Positions 17,417 through 25,827 of a DNA stretch of 64,000 nt are shown piece by piece; the stretch's first letter is position 1, and each line of letters begins with the position of its first letter. The DNA is taken from NCBI GenBank assembly GCA_902560705.1, contig CACEMW010000001.1, positions 20,606 to 84,605 on the forward strand, given 5' to 3'. Position numbers and translations under genes: made by a program. Below the pieces are notes generated by a model. The model was given only the letters and a program-made list of their open reading frames with translations. It was not told where the DNA came from and ran no database searches. The stretch is from an uncultured Verrucomicrobiota bacterium. Its GTDB lineage: Bacteria > Verrucomicrobiota > Verrucomicrobiia > Limisphaerales > AAA164-E04.

Positions 17417-18706
17417 TCATCGCAGGGGCAGACAATTTCCATCCGCGTCAAAACGCATGGGAAAAGGTCTTTCCATTAGCTTAAGTCCCGAATGGGTCTT
17501 AGCTTCCTGCAAAAGAGACACGGACCCCTCCATCACATCAAGGTTCAATGTATCCCGGATCCGAAGAATACGCGCCTCTTTGGAGGAATTCTGAGTGAGG
17601 GAACTCAATGCCCACCGGATGACATCCACATCCTTTTCAAAGTGTATGGGCACCTTGGCCCCATTGAGTGTCATGGCGGTGACGGCATTGACGAACGTGG
17701 TTGCGTGATCCATGGAGCGGACCAATCGTGATGTCGTGAAATCCGCCATGCCAATACCAATCGCGTTCCCATGAGATTCGGGACTTAGCTCCCTCACCAT
17801 AATACGCTTGATTCTGGGATGCTGTGGCTGCTCTGCAAAATGGGTCGAGTATCCGTGAACCCCACGCCCAATAATATTGGGATCCATTCCAGAACCACTG
17901 AGATTCTTGCCCATCCGATCCACAATGAGGAGGTCAATGTCATCAAAGGGCAGTGCTGGCACCAGCGACTTCGCCCTTTGGAACAAACATGCTTCCTTTT
18001 CCAACAACTCCTCAGCCTTCACAGGGTGAACAGATTCGGTATCGTGACACGCATTTTCAATCACCGCGATTCCGCCCAGAACTGGCATGGTCTCAAGAAT
18101 TTTTGCGGCATGGGCTCTGAGAATGTTTTCGTATCCATGTTCCAAGGATGAGCGATGAAAGGCTGCGGCACCCTCGCGCTTACCGAGTCCTACCACGAGC
18201 ATCTTCATCAGACCACTTCCAACCATCCCTTTGAAATCCGTATGGGGTTTGATCCTGTTGACGACGAGAACGCCATCGAGTTCTGCCGCGACGGAACTCC
18301 AATAAACCGAAGTGCCAAGGTGGCTCTCACCGACCAAAATGGTTTCCATCGACGGTTCGAGTGAAGCCCCGCAGTTTTGCGATGTGATACCATACTCTGC
18401 CAGCACAGTGGCTTGTCCTTGAGCTGTGGCACCTCCATGGCTGCCCATGGCAGGAATGAGGACAACCTGAACCCCCAGCTCATTCAGATGCTGGCAGACA
18501 TCCTTGACGAGCCAAGCCCCATGAGCCAGGCCGCGACTGCCGACCGCCACTCCAATTCGATTGCCGGGTGATAATCCTTTGGAAAAAGGTTTTAGCAGGG
18601 TCTGCACTTCCCACAGGGGTTCATCTTGGTCTGGCACCGGCCAAGATGTTTCCATGGTAAACATCTGTGGAAACTCCAGCTGAGGAGTGGTGGCGGGGAA
18701 TGGCAC
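17417..18706 (-). CDS. DUF2088 / LarA N-terminal domain-like protein
   Basis: IGVAVGSRG...IPAMGSHGGATAQGQ...VVNRIKPHTDFKG..GSGLMKMLVVGLGK. The family call comes from memory of similar unannotated proteins. Confidence 0.55.
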   Translation of the reverse strand: MPFPATTPQLEFPQMFTMETSWPVPDQDEPLWEVQTLLKPFSKGLSPGNRIGVAVGSRGLAHGAWLVKDVCQHLNELGVQVVLIPAMGSHGGATAQGQATVLAEYGITSQNCGASLEPSMETILVGESHLGTSVYWSSVAAELDGVLVVNRIKPHTDFKGMVGSGLMKMLVVGLGKREGAAAFHRSSLEHGYENILRAHAAKILETMPVLGGIAVIENACHDTESVHPVKAEELLEKEACLFQRAKSLVPALPFDDIDLLIVDRMGKNLSGSGMDPNIIGRGVHGYSTHFAEQPQHPRIKRIMVRELSPESHGNAIGIGMADFTTSRLVRSMDHATTFVNAVTAMTLNGAKVPIHFEKDVDVIRWALSSLTQNSSKEARILRIRDTLNLDVMEGSVSLLQEAKTHSGLKLMERPFPMRFDADGNCLPLR

Positions 18707-18721
18707 TGGGTAATGTTAGGG

Positions 18722-19618
18722 CTATTGGAGCGATTCTGAAACACTTAAGTGCCCCAGTGCAAGTAAACCGTAAAAGGTATACTCCGGATCAATATGATCT
18801 TCGTGCCAATGACCATGAAACCCCCCCACATTACTCCAGAGAGAATCCAGAAAATCCAGGCACCGTTCCCTCAGAGAAAGCTCCAGCAGCTGATTGTCCC
18901 CGGACAGGGCATGCAGGGCCGTTGCTGTAGAAAGTAAATCGGGAATCGGCGCCTGGGGTGCAGCCAGAAACCCTCCCATCGGGTGGGCCATTTGCAGTAT
19001 CCATTGAGTCGTTTCGGTATCCGGAAAACAGCCAAATTGGCGAAGGGTTGTGAGCGCTGCAGCCGTAGCATTCGTGGAGGGTATGGCCACTGCCCTTTCG
19101 TTGCTCCACGCCGACTTCCCCGCCCGCAAGCCGCCCAGTGACGCGACAACCTCCGACCGGATCGGTAACAGATCCCACCCCAAATCCTGAAGGGCCCCTA
19201 CTGCTAGAAATGTCGCGTAGGCTGTACTTTGATCGCTACCTTGCTGAGGATGAAACCCACCATCGGCTGAACGGTGACTCCACAGGCGCTCGAGAAAGGA
19301 AGCTTTGGGGGTTTCCTTTCCCAAAACCATCGATGCACATCGAACCAGGCAGCAGAAATGGACGAAATCAAGCGAGTCACCACACTCAAAAGACTTTAAA
19401 TAATCCGCAAAGCCATCCAATAGGTACTTGGATTGCAGACATTGCAGGGCATCAAATGCAAAAACAGAATAGTAAAGGTCGGGCATGCCCTCCCGGTTGA
19501 CAAAGCCGCCTGCGGCATGACGCTGCCCAAGAAGATAATCTTCAATCAACTGGGTGGAATCTCCCAGTAATTTGGGAGCCAGACGAGCAACTTGAATCAT
19601 TTCCAACCGAATACTCAC
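18722..19618 (-). CDS. Prenyltransferase / squalene-oxidase-type alpha-alpha toroid repeat protein
   Basis: Four to five repeats of the type GGF....G..D..Y(T/S).(F/A)A(L/V).(A/G)L. Examples are AAGGFVNREGMPDLYYSVFAFDAL, DGGFHPQQGSDQSTAYATFLAVGAL, MGGFLAAPQAPIPDLLSTATALHAL and VGGFHGHWHEDHIDPEYTFYGLLAL. GTG start at 19618, or ATG at 19600. Confidence 0.7.
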   Translation of the reverse strand: MSIRLEMIQVARLAPKLLGDSTQLIEDYLLGQRHAAGGFVNREGMPDLYYSVFAFDALQCLQSKYLLDGFADYLKSFECGDSLDFVHFCCLVRCASMVLGKETPKASFLERLWSHRSADGGFHPQQGSDQSTAYATFLAVGALQDLGWDLLPIRSEVVASLGGLRAGKSAWSNERAVAIPSTNATAAALTTLRQFGCFPDTETTQWILQMAHPMGGFLAAPQAPIPDLLSTATALHALSGDNQLLELSLRERCLDFLDSLWSNVGGFHGHWHEDHIDPEYTFYGLLALGHLSVSESLQ

Positions 19619-19660
19619 ACATTATCCTTTGTTGTATACTTGCGGGGATGAAGGGGCTGA

Positions 19661-20929
19661 TCACGGGTCATGATCTCCTCTCCCCTCCCTTAAATTCTGG
19701 CACAATTGAGCGTAGCAACGACTCATCGAAAAATTTTCCCCTGAGGCAATCCTCGACCAGCTAGGACTCATTTCCCGAAGGGTTTTGACGCATCCCAAAA
19801 GAATCTCCAGAGCCTTATGGGCTTCCTCCTCGCGACTCAGGGCATGCCATGATAAGGTAAGACAACTTCGCAGAAATCCCTCTGGCAGTCCACACACACG
19901 GGTGAGTCGATCCGCTTCACCTTGGCTGACTCGACAAGAGACACCTGAGTGACACTCCAAGCCCCTGACGTTGGCCATCAGCATCAACGCCTCTCCATCC
20001 ACACCATCGATGGCGACACTGAGGTAATGAGAAAGATCAGAGCAGGCATCTTCTCTTTTGAGAATGGCCACTCCGTCCAGATGATGCTCCAAGCCTTCTG
20101 CCAGCACATGCCGAATACGCCTCACGGTTTCCATCACTTGTGGGTCTCCCTGCGGTGAGCGCGCACTAGCCTCCCCTGCCCCTACAATGGCAGCCATGGA
20201 TTCCATCCCTGGGCTGAGGGCGGCTTCACTTCGTTCGCCCGGCAATAGCGAACCCATGGCCGTGCCCTTTCGACGATAAAGCAACCCCACCCCTGCAGGC
20301 CCATGAAACCGGTGTGGGGCCAGGCTCAGCATGGAAACTGGCATACGACTGACGTCAATCGTATGCCACCCTCCACCATGCGTCGCATCCACAAACAATG
20401 CGACACCTTTGGAATCGCACGCATTCGCAATCGACTCCAGGAATTGAACACTCCCCCATTCGGGAACCGTCAGGGGCAGGCTCACCATGAGAGGTTGACT
20501 TTGAATCTGCTCCAGCAATGGGTCCAACATGGCCAATCCATGCACATTCACCGGCAATTCTCGACGTCTGCAGCCCCATCGCTGGGTCATCGAATCACAC
20601 AAGCGCACGGAAGGCGAATCGCAAGCAGAACTGAGCCAGTCGCCCTGAACGCCCTCCATGGCCATGGTGTAGCCCATGATAGCCAGATGATTGGCCTGGA
20701 GATCGCTTTGGGTGAAGTAAATCTCCTCCGGAGAGTCTGCTCCGATCATGGCAGCGACTTTCTCTCGCGCTTCCCAGTTGGCCTTGCGAGCCTTTTTTGC
20801 GGAAAGGTAGGCAGCGTCGGAGCGGCCATGACATATTTCCAGGAAGGGTAGCATGGCCTCCAATATTTCAGGAAGCAAGGGAGTGCTTGCCTGGGCATCA
20901 AAATAGATTCGATGATCAAGAGGTTTCAT
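19661..20929 (-). CDS. Class V aminotransferase / cysteine desulfurase (NifS/IscS) homologue with degenerate PLP site
   Basis: YFDAQASTP...FVDATH...LSLAPHRFHGPAGVGLLYRRK aligns with the IscS sequence [20 protein letters not shown], with Lys replaced by Arg. The GATES and TEH motifs are also diverged. Confidence 0.75.
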   Translation of the reverse strand: MKPLDHRIYFDAQASTPLLPEILEAMLPFLEICHGRSDAAYLSAKKARKANWEAREKVAAMIGADSPEEIYFTQSDLQANHLAIMGYTMAMEGVQGDWLSSACDSPSVRLCDSMTQRWGCRRRELPVNVHGLAMLDPLLEQIQSQPLMVSLPLTVPEWGSVQFLESIANACDSKGVALFVDATHGGGWHTIDVSRMPVSMLSLAPHRFHGPAGVGLLYRRKGTAMGSLLPGERSEAALSPGMESMAAIVGAGEASARSPQGDPQVMETVRRIRHVLAEGLEHHLDGVAILKREDACSDLSHYLSVAIDGVDGEALMLMANVRGLECHSGVSCRVSQGEADRLTRVCGLPEGFLRSCLTLSWHALSREEEAHKALEILLGCVKTLREMSPSWSRIASGENFSMSRCYAQLCQNLREGRGDHDP

Positions 20930-20990
20930 CTGATCGCTGCAAAAAAGACTCCTGCTTATGGTTCCATTTTTGTGGTCGCATCGAATGCTG

Positions 20991-21019
20991 GTCTGAAGAC
21001 ATTCAAGCTATCTTCAGAC
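20991..21019. promoter_or_regulatory. Perfect 9-bp inverted repeat GTCTGAAGA-N11-TCTTCAGAC in a divergent intergenic region
   Basis: Read directly. It lies between the NifS-like start (20929, minus) and the serA start (21144, plus). Confidence 0.3.
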
Positions 21020-21143
21020 GCTCAGTGGCAAAAGTCCATGTTAGGAACTCATCATTCGATGGATTCATCAGGTGATGCGAGATGATTTTTTCCATGTTTG
21101 ACCTCATCATGGCGATTTTTTAGGCTCATCGCTCTTTGAGACA

Positions 21144-22733
21144 ATGAAAGTACTGATCTGCGATCCCATATCACCTGAAGGAATTGAATTTTTCAAACAG
21201 CAATCGGCCTTGGAGGTCGTTGTTCTGGAACAGCGGCCCACTGAGGAAGACCTCATCTCCATGGCCCAGGATGCGGCTGCCTATGTCGTGCGATCAGAGA
21301 CAAAAATCACAGCTAAGGTCATGGAGCACTCCCCTCAACTCAAGGTTGTGGGGAGAGCCGGTGTAGGTGTCGATAACGTGGATGTGGAGGCTGCCACCAG
21401 GAGGGGTGTGGTGGTCATGAATACGCCAGGTGGCAATACGATTTCAACAGCTGAACTGACCTTCGCGATGCTCATGTCGTTGGCTCGGAAAATTCCACAA
21501 GCCCATATGTCCATGGCGCAAGGCCAGTGGAACCGTAAATCCTATCAAGGGACGGAGCTTTTCGGAAAGACATTAGGCATCCTCGGTCTGGGCAGGATCG
21601 GCAGCGAAGTCGCCAAGCGGGCCAGAGCCTTTGGCATGGCGGTACTAGCCTTCGACCCTTATCTCTCTCCCTCCAGAGCCAAGGCCATGGAAGTCGAGGC
21701 AGCCAGCCTGGATGAAATCTATTCGCAGAGCGACTTCATCACTGTGCACATGCCCATGACGGATGAAACCCGCGGCATGGTCAACAAGGCAGCCTTTTCA
21801 AAAATGAAAGAGGGTGCTCGCATTCTGAACTGTGCTCGAGGCGGGATCGTTCACGAGGCGGACTTGGTAGAAGCTATCCAGCAAGGGGTGGTCGCCGGAG
21901 CTGCCATGGACGTCTACGAATCCGAGCCCTTGGCTGCAGACCACCCATTCCGAAGCATGCCGGAGATCGTCACAACACCTCACTTGGGGGCCAGCACAAG
22001 AGAAGCACAGACCAATGTCGGCATTGAGATCGCAGAATCCATTACAGCCTACCTGACAACCGGGGCTGTCCAGAATGCGGTCAACATGCCAAGTCTGGAT
22101 ACCAAAACCTACGAGAAGGTCAAACCCTACCTGACTCTTGGCCAAAAACTCGGGCGCCTTGTTTCTCAGCTTGCCCCCCAACAAAATGATCGACTGGTCA
22201 TCACTTTTGGGGGGAAGGCCTCCGACGTACCCTTTGATCCCATTGCGCGTTTCGTGCTTACCGGATTCCTGGCCAATGCCGGAGGCAACAACGTCAACCA
22301 GATCAATGCAAAACCCATGGCTGAGTCGCTTGGCATTCTGGTGGAACAAGTTCAATCCAATGAGGCCACTGATTTCATCGAATGGCTTCATGTGGCGGCC
22401 TACTGCGGTGAGGAAAAAACCTCTGCAGGAGGCACTTTTTTTGGCGCACAGATGAATCCCAGGATTGTCCGACTCAATGGATTGCCCGTTGAGATCGATC
22501 CCAACGGTGTCGTTTGCCTGATCAATAACCAGGACCGTCCTGGAATTGTAGGTCATCTAGGGACCATTCTTGCCAGCCATCAGATCAACATCGCCAACAT
22601 GAGCCTTCACCGAGACCGCGAAGGAGGCAATGCACTTACTGTACTGAATCTCGACAGCATTCCACAAGATAAGGTTCTCGATCAGATTCGCAGCGATGAA
22701 GCGATTCGCAGCATTCGCATTGTTCGATTGTGA
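21144..22733 (+). CDS. serA: D-3-phosphoglycerate dehydrogenase (long form with ASB and ACT domains)
   Basis: GLGRIGSEVA NAD-binding motif, CARGGIVHE, TPHLGAST, and a C-terminal ACT-like segment. 529 aa. Confidence 0.92.
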   Translation: MKVLICDPISPEGIEFFKQQSALEVVVLEQRPTEEDLISMAQDAAAYVVRSETKITAKVMEHSPQLKVVGRAGVGVDNVDVEAATRRGVVVMNTPGGNTISTAELTFAMLMSLARKIPQAHMSMAQGQWNRKSYQGTELFGKTLGILGLGRIGSEVAKRARAFGMAVLAFDPYLSPSRAKAMEVEAASLDEIYSQSDFITVHMPMTDETRGMVNKAAFSKMKEGARILNCARGGIVHEADLVEAIQQGVVAGAAMDVYESEPLAADHPFRSMPEIVTTPHLGASTREAQTNVGIEIAESITAYLTTGAVQNAVNMPSLDTKTYEKVKPYLTLGQKLGRLVSQLAPQQNDRLVITFGGKASDVPFDPIARFVLTGFLANAGGNNVNQINAKPMAESLGILVEQVQSNEATDFIEWLHVAAYCGEEKTSAGGTFFGAQMNPRIVRLNGLPVEIDPNGVVCLINNQDRPGIVGHLGTILASHQINIANMSLHRDREGGNALTVLNLDSIPQDKVLDQIRSDEAIRSIRIVRL

Positions 22734-23758
22734 AAACCACCTTTCCATGGCTGAGTGCCTTCGGGTGTCTGGTGGTTTATCTAATCCTCAGCGGACACTA
22801 TCACTATGAGATGACGGCGGCCTCGGCCGCATCAGAACTCGACGATCTCTTCAAGGACATGATCGTGGCACGTGGCAAAGGTTTCAGCATCACACGCTCG
22901 GATCTGGATAAGGCCATCATCACGGCCAAAGCCACTCGCGCGGGTCAAGGCAATCCCATGGGCCCATCCGAAAGTGTCGAACTGGAGGGACAAATGTTGA
23001 ACCGTATGATCACCACTGCCATGCTCTTGAACAAGGCGACCTCCGAGCAGAGGAAAAAAGCATCCCCTGAAGCAAGCAGAATGCTCGCAGAAATGCAACA
23101 GCAGCACCCTTCCTTAGAATCCTTCGAGAGACAACTGATGACCTATGGCATGACTCTGGATTACTTGAAGCAACAGATCCTCGAACAAGCCATCGTCAAA
23201 ACCGTGATCGATGATACCTTACGAAACGATTACCTTGTCCCCGATGCGGATGCGCGCGAGTTCTATCAGCAAAATTTGAGATTTTTCACCGCTCCGGAGC
23301 AGGTTCGCATAAGGAATATCTATTTTCCATTGCTGAACCCAGCAACAAGGGAACCTGTCTCATCCGAAGAACGCAATAAAATCCTCCTTGAAGCCGAATC
23401 GGTACGACAGAAAGCATTGGCCGGAGACGACTTTCAGGCATTGGTTCGAGACCATTCCAAGGATGCCATCACCAAGCAGAGGGGTGGTGAAGTCATTTTA
23501 GTCAAAGGGGGACAGGATAAGGCACTTGAGGATGCCGCTTTCGCTTTAAAGGCTGAAGAAATCTCACCTGTTGTGTTTAGCGTCAACGGATATCACATCC
23601 TCAAATGTATCGAAAAAATACCTTCCACGACTCAACCTTTCAGCGAAGCTGCCCAGAGCATTCGAAACCAATTGGAAACCGAGCATGTGGAATCGCTCCT
23701 TCCGGACTTCCTCCAAAAACTTCGCGATGAGTCATCGGTCGAAATCCTCCTTCCCTGA
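22730..23758 (+). CDS. Parvulin-type peptidyl-prolyl isomerase (SurA/PrsA-like), membrane-anchored or secreted
   Basis: The GTG start overlaps the serA TGA (GTGA). It has an N-terminal hydrophobic segment and a PpiC-like region ending ...GGEVILVKGGQDKALEDAAFAL...GYHILKCIEK. Confidence 0.75.
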   Translation: MKTTFPWLSAFGCLVVYLILSGHYHYEMTAASAASELDDLFKDMIVARGKGFSITRSDLDKAIITAKATRAGQGNPMGPSESVELEGQMLNRMITTAMLLNKATSEQRKKASPEASRMLAEMQQQHPSLESFERQLMTYGMTLDYLKQQILEQAIVKTVIDDTLRNDYLVPDADAREFYQQNLRFFTAPEQVRIRNIYFPLLNPATREPVSSEERNKILLEAESVRQKALAGDDFQALVRDHSKDAITKQRGGEVILVKGGQDKALEDAAFALKAEEISPVVFSVNGYHILKCIEKIPSTTQPFSEAAQSIRNQLETEHVESLLPDFLQKLRDESSVEILLP

Positions 23759-23824
23759 TGTCGTGATACTCAAAGGATGATGGTCCGATAAGAAGAAACC
23801 GAACACCCTGATTGCTCCTCGGCC

Positions 23825-24184
23825 ATGCCTGTCTATTACCACTGCCAACGCTGCACGGCCTGCTGTCGTTGGCCGGGACAGGTTAAGTTGAGTGATCTGG
23901 ATATTGGGCGCATTGCGGCATTTTTAGACATGAGCGAGGTGGAGTTCATTCAGTCTCACACACGCCTCAACCAACAACGAACGGGCCTTGCATTGAGTGA
24001 TCAGGCCGATGGCTCATGCACTTTTCTGAGGGGGGATGACTGTAGCATCCAGGACGTGAAGCCCAAGCAATGCAGGAGTTTTCCCAATGGTTGGAACTTT
24101 CCTGGTTTTGAAAAACTTTGTCAGGCCAAGCCCCTTGAAATGGAATCCGAAGCCTATCAGGAAAAGATGCGTCAGGATCGTTAG
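23825..24184 (+). CDS. YkgJ family (UPF0153) cysteine-cluster protein
   Basis: CQRCTACCRWPG plus a downstream CxF...C...C pattern. Confidence 0.8.
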   Translation: MPVYYHCQRCTACCRWPGQVKLSDLDIGRIAAFLDMSEVEFIQSHTRLNQQRTGLALSDQADGSCTFLRGDDCSIQDVKPKQCRSFPNGWNFPGFEKLCQAKPLEMESEAYQEKMRQDR

Positions 24185-24214
24185 CCTGATACCATGCCCT
24201 CATGGCTACCTCGA

Positions 24215-24243
24215 ATCCTCATCTGCCATCGGAGGATGAGGGT
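24215..24243. terminator. Hairpin (CCTCATC...GATGAGG) between convergent genes; candidate bidirectional terminator
   Basis: A 7-bp perfect stem at 24217..24223 / 24235..24241 with flanking A-T and G-U extensions. There is no clear T-run. Confidence 0.3.
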
Positions 24244-24248
24244 CAAAG

Positions 24249-24866
24249 CTAACGAATGGCCCCATGGCCAATATCGTAAACCCATCCATGCAAGGACAGC
24301 TGGCCGCTCTCCAATCTTTCACGAATGAAGGCATGCGAGCGCAAAACCTCGAGCTGATGCCGTACATTCATACCAATGGTCGCATATAGCCTATCATCAG
24401 AAGCTTCCCCGGAAACTTTCCCCGGGAGTTCGGAACCATTCTGAATCCATTCAGCCAACTAAGGCAAACTTTCGACACTTTCGGGCTTCAAACAGGCCTT
24501 CATCGCGCCACAGTCACTATGACCACATACAATGAGATGGGGTGTCTCCAGCACGCACACGGCGAATTGAAGGCTGGCGAGTTCGGAACTCCCCTTGTCA
24601 CGTAGGGTTGGAACCATGTTGCCTGCATTCCGGATCACGAACAAATCTCCTGGTTCGCTCTGAGTGATCAAACAAGGGTCGATTCGGGAATCCGAACAAG
24701 TGATCAGAGTTGAATGAGGGCTTTGGCCGGTAGCTAGTTTTCCAAAGAGTTCTTGTCGCTCATTGAAGCGAGTTGATGGGAAAACCTGATTCCTTTTGAG
24801 AAGCCCTTCGTATGCTGAAGCTGATGAAAAAAGGTTATCATCCACCCGATGGCTAATATAGTCCAA
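24249..24866 (-). pseudogene. Beta-class carbonic anhydrase interrupted by one in-frame TAG (24461..24459)
   Basis: Two abutting track ORFs share one frame: ...ITCSDSRIDP...VCGHSDCGAM...ESLP-TAG-LAEWIQNG...LHGWVYDIGHGAI. The zinc ligands (C, D/R, H, C) and the C-terminal region are intact. Non-ATG start (TTG 24866 or GTG downstream). Confidence 0.75.
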
Positions 24867-24888
24867 TAGAAATACTTATTGCGTTGCT

Positions 24889-24903
24889 ATAGGTTTTATC
24901 TAT
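24889..24903. promoter_or_regulatory. Candidate LysR-type box ATAG-N7-CTAT (T-N11-A)
   Basis: ATAGGTTTTATCTAT lies in the 46-bp divergent intergenic region between the carbonic anhydrase and the LysR regulator. Confidence 0.3.
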
Positions 24904-24912
24904 ATTAGAGGC

Positions 24913-25827
24913 ATGGACTGGCTGAACTATCACCATTTGAAATATTTTTGGATTGTGGCCCGTGAGGGTTCGTTTAGCCGTGCTAGCAAGGCCCTGAACC
25001 TGACGCAACCTACTCTATCCAAGCAGATAAAATCTCTGGAGGAATTTATCGGTGAGCCTCTCTTCATTCGCAAAGGCTCAGGGCTGGAACTGACCCACGT
25101 CGGCAAACTGGCTCTGGATTATGCAAACGATATTTTTCAACTCGGTGATGAATTTCTTTCCAATTTAAAAGGTCTTGAAAGCGGTCGCCCCAAGAGGCTT
25201 CGGGTGGGCAGTTCGGAATTTCTCCCAAAGCTGGTTTGTCATCGCATCCTGCGCCCCGTTCTGAAGTCAGATCCACCGATACGCATTCATTGTGAGGAAG
25301 GGCCCACCGATCGCTTGCTAGCTGAACTATCCATCCAGCACCTTGATCTGGTTCTTGCTGATGCGCCCATCAGTGGCGATATTCGCGTCAAGGCATTCAA
25401 TCACTTACTGGGCGAATGTGGTATTTCCTTTTTTGCAACTGATGAAACTGCAAAGAAACTCAGTGCGCCCTTTCCCACGTGTCTTCATCAAGCTCCCATG
25501 CTACTGCCTTCGGATGACACAGCTCTGAGGCGATCCCTGGATTCCTGGTTCAAGAAAGCGAACATCATACCCTCTATTGTTGCCGAATTTCACGACAGCG
25601 CATTGATGAAGGTTTTCGGTAGGGAATCTGCGGGAATTTTTCCCGCTCCTTCGGTCGTTGAAGATGAAGTGTGCCGTGAATACGGTGTGAGGGTGATTGG
25701 TAGCACCGAAGATATCAAGGAATCCTTCTACGCCATCACGGTGGAACGTAAACTCAACCACCCAATCGTCATGACCCTCGTTGAAGAGGCCCGAACGGGC
25801 CTTTTTGGCAAAAAACTGAAAGACTGA
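24913..25827 (+). CDS. LysR family transcriptional regulator (NhaR-like N-terminus)
   Basis: MDWLNYHHLKYFWIVAREGSFSRASKALNLTQPTLSKQIKSLEE is a wHTH resembling the NhaR NYNHLYYFW. Confidence 0.9.
   Translation: MDWLNYHHLKYFWIVAREGSFSRASKALNLTQPTLSKQIKSLEEFIGEPLFIRKGSGLELTHVGKLALDYANDIFQLGDEFLSNLKGLESGRPKRLRVGSSEFLPKLVCHRILRPVLKSDPPIRIHCEEGPTDRLLAELSIQHLDLVLADAPISGDIRVKAFNHLLGECGISFFATDETAKKLSAPFPTCLHQAPMLLPSDDTALRRSLDSWFKKANIIPSIVAEFHDSALMKVFGRESAGIFPAPSVVEDEVCREYGVRVIGSTEDIKESFYAITVERKLNHPIVMTLVEEARTGLFGKKLKD

Noticed and set aside
24459-24461. The in-frame TAG in the carbonic anhydrase as evidence of pyrrolysine or genome-wide amber reassignment.
   Set aside because: TAG is used as an ordinary terminator elsewhere in the window (for example the aat stop at 1751..1749). 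No pyl genes or PYLIS-like context is visible.
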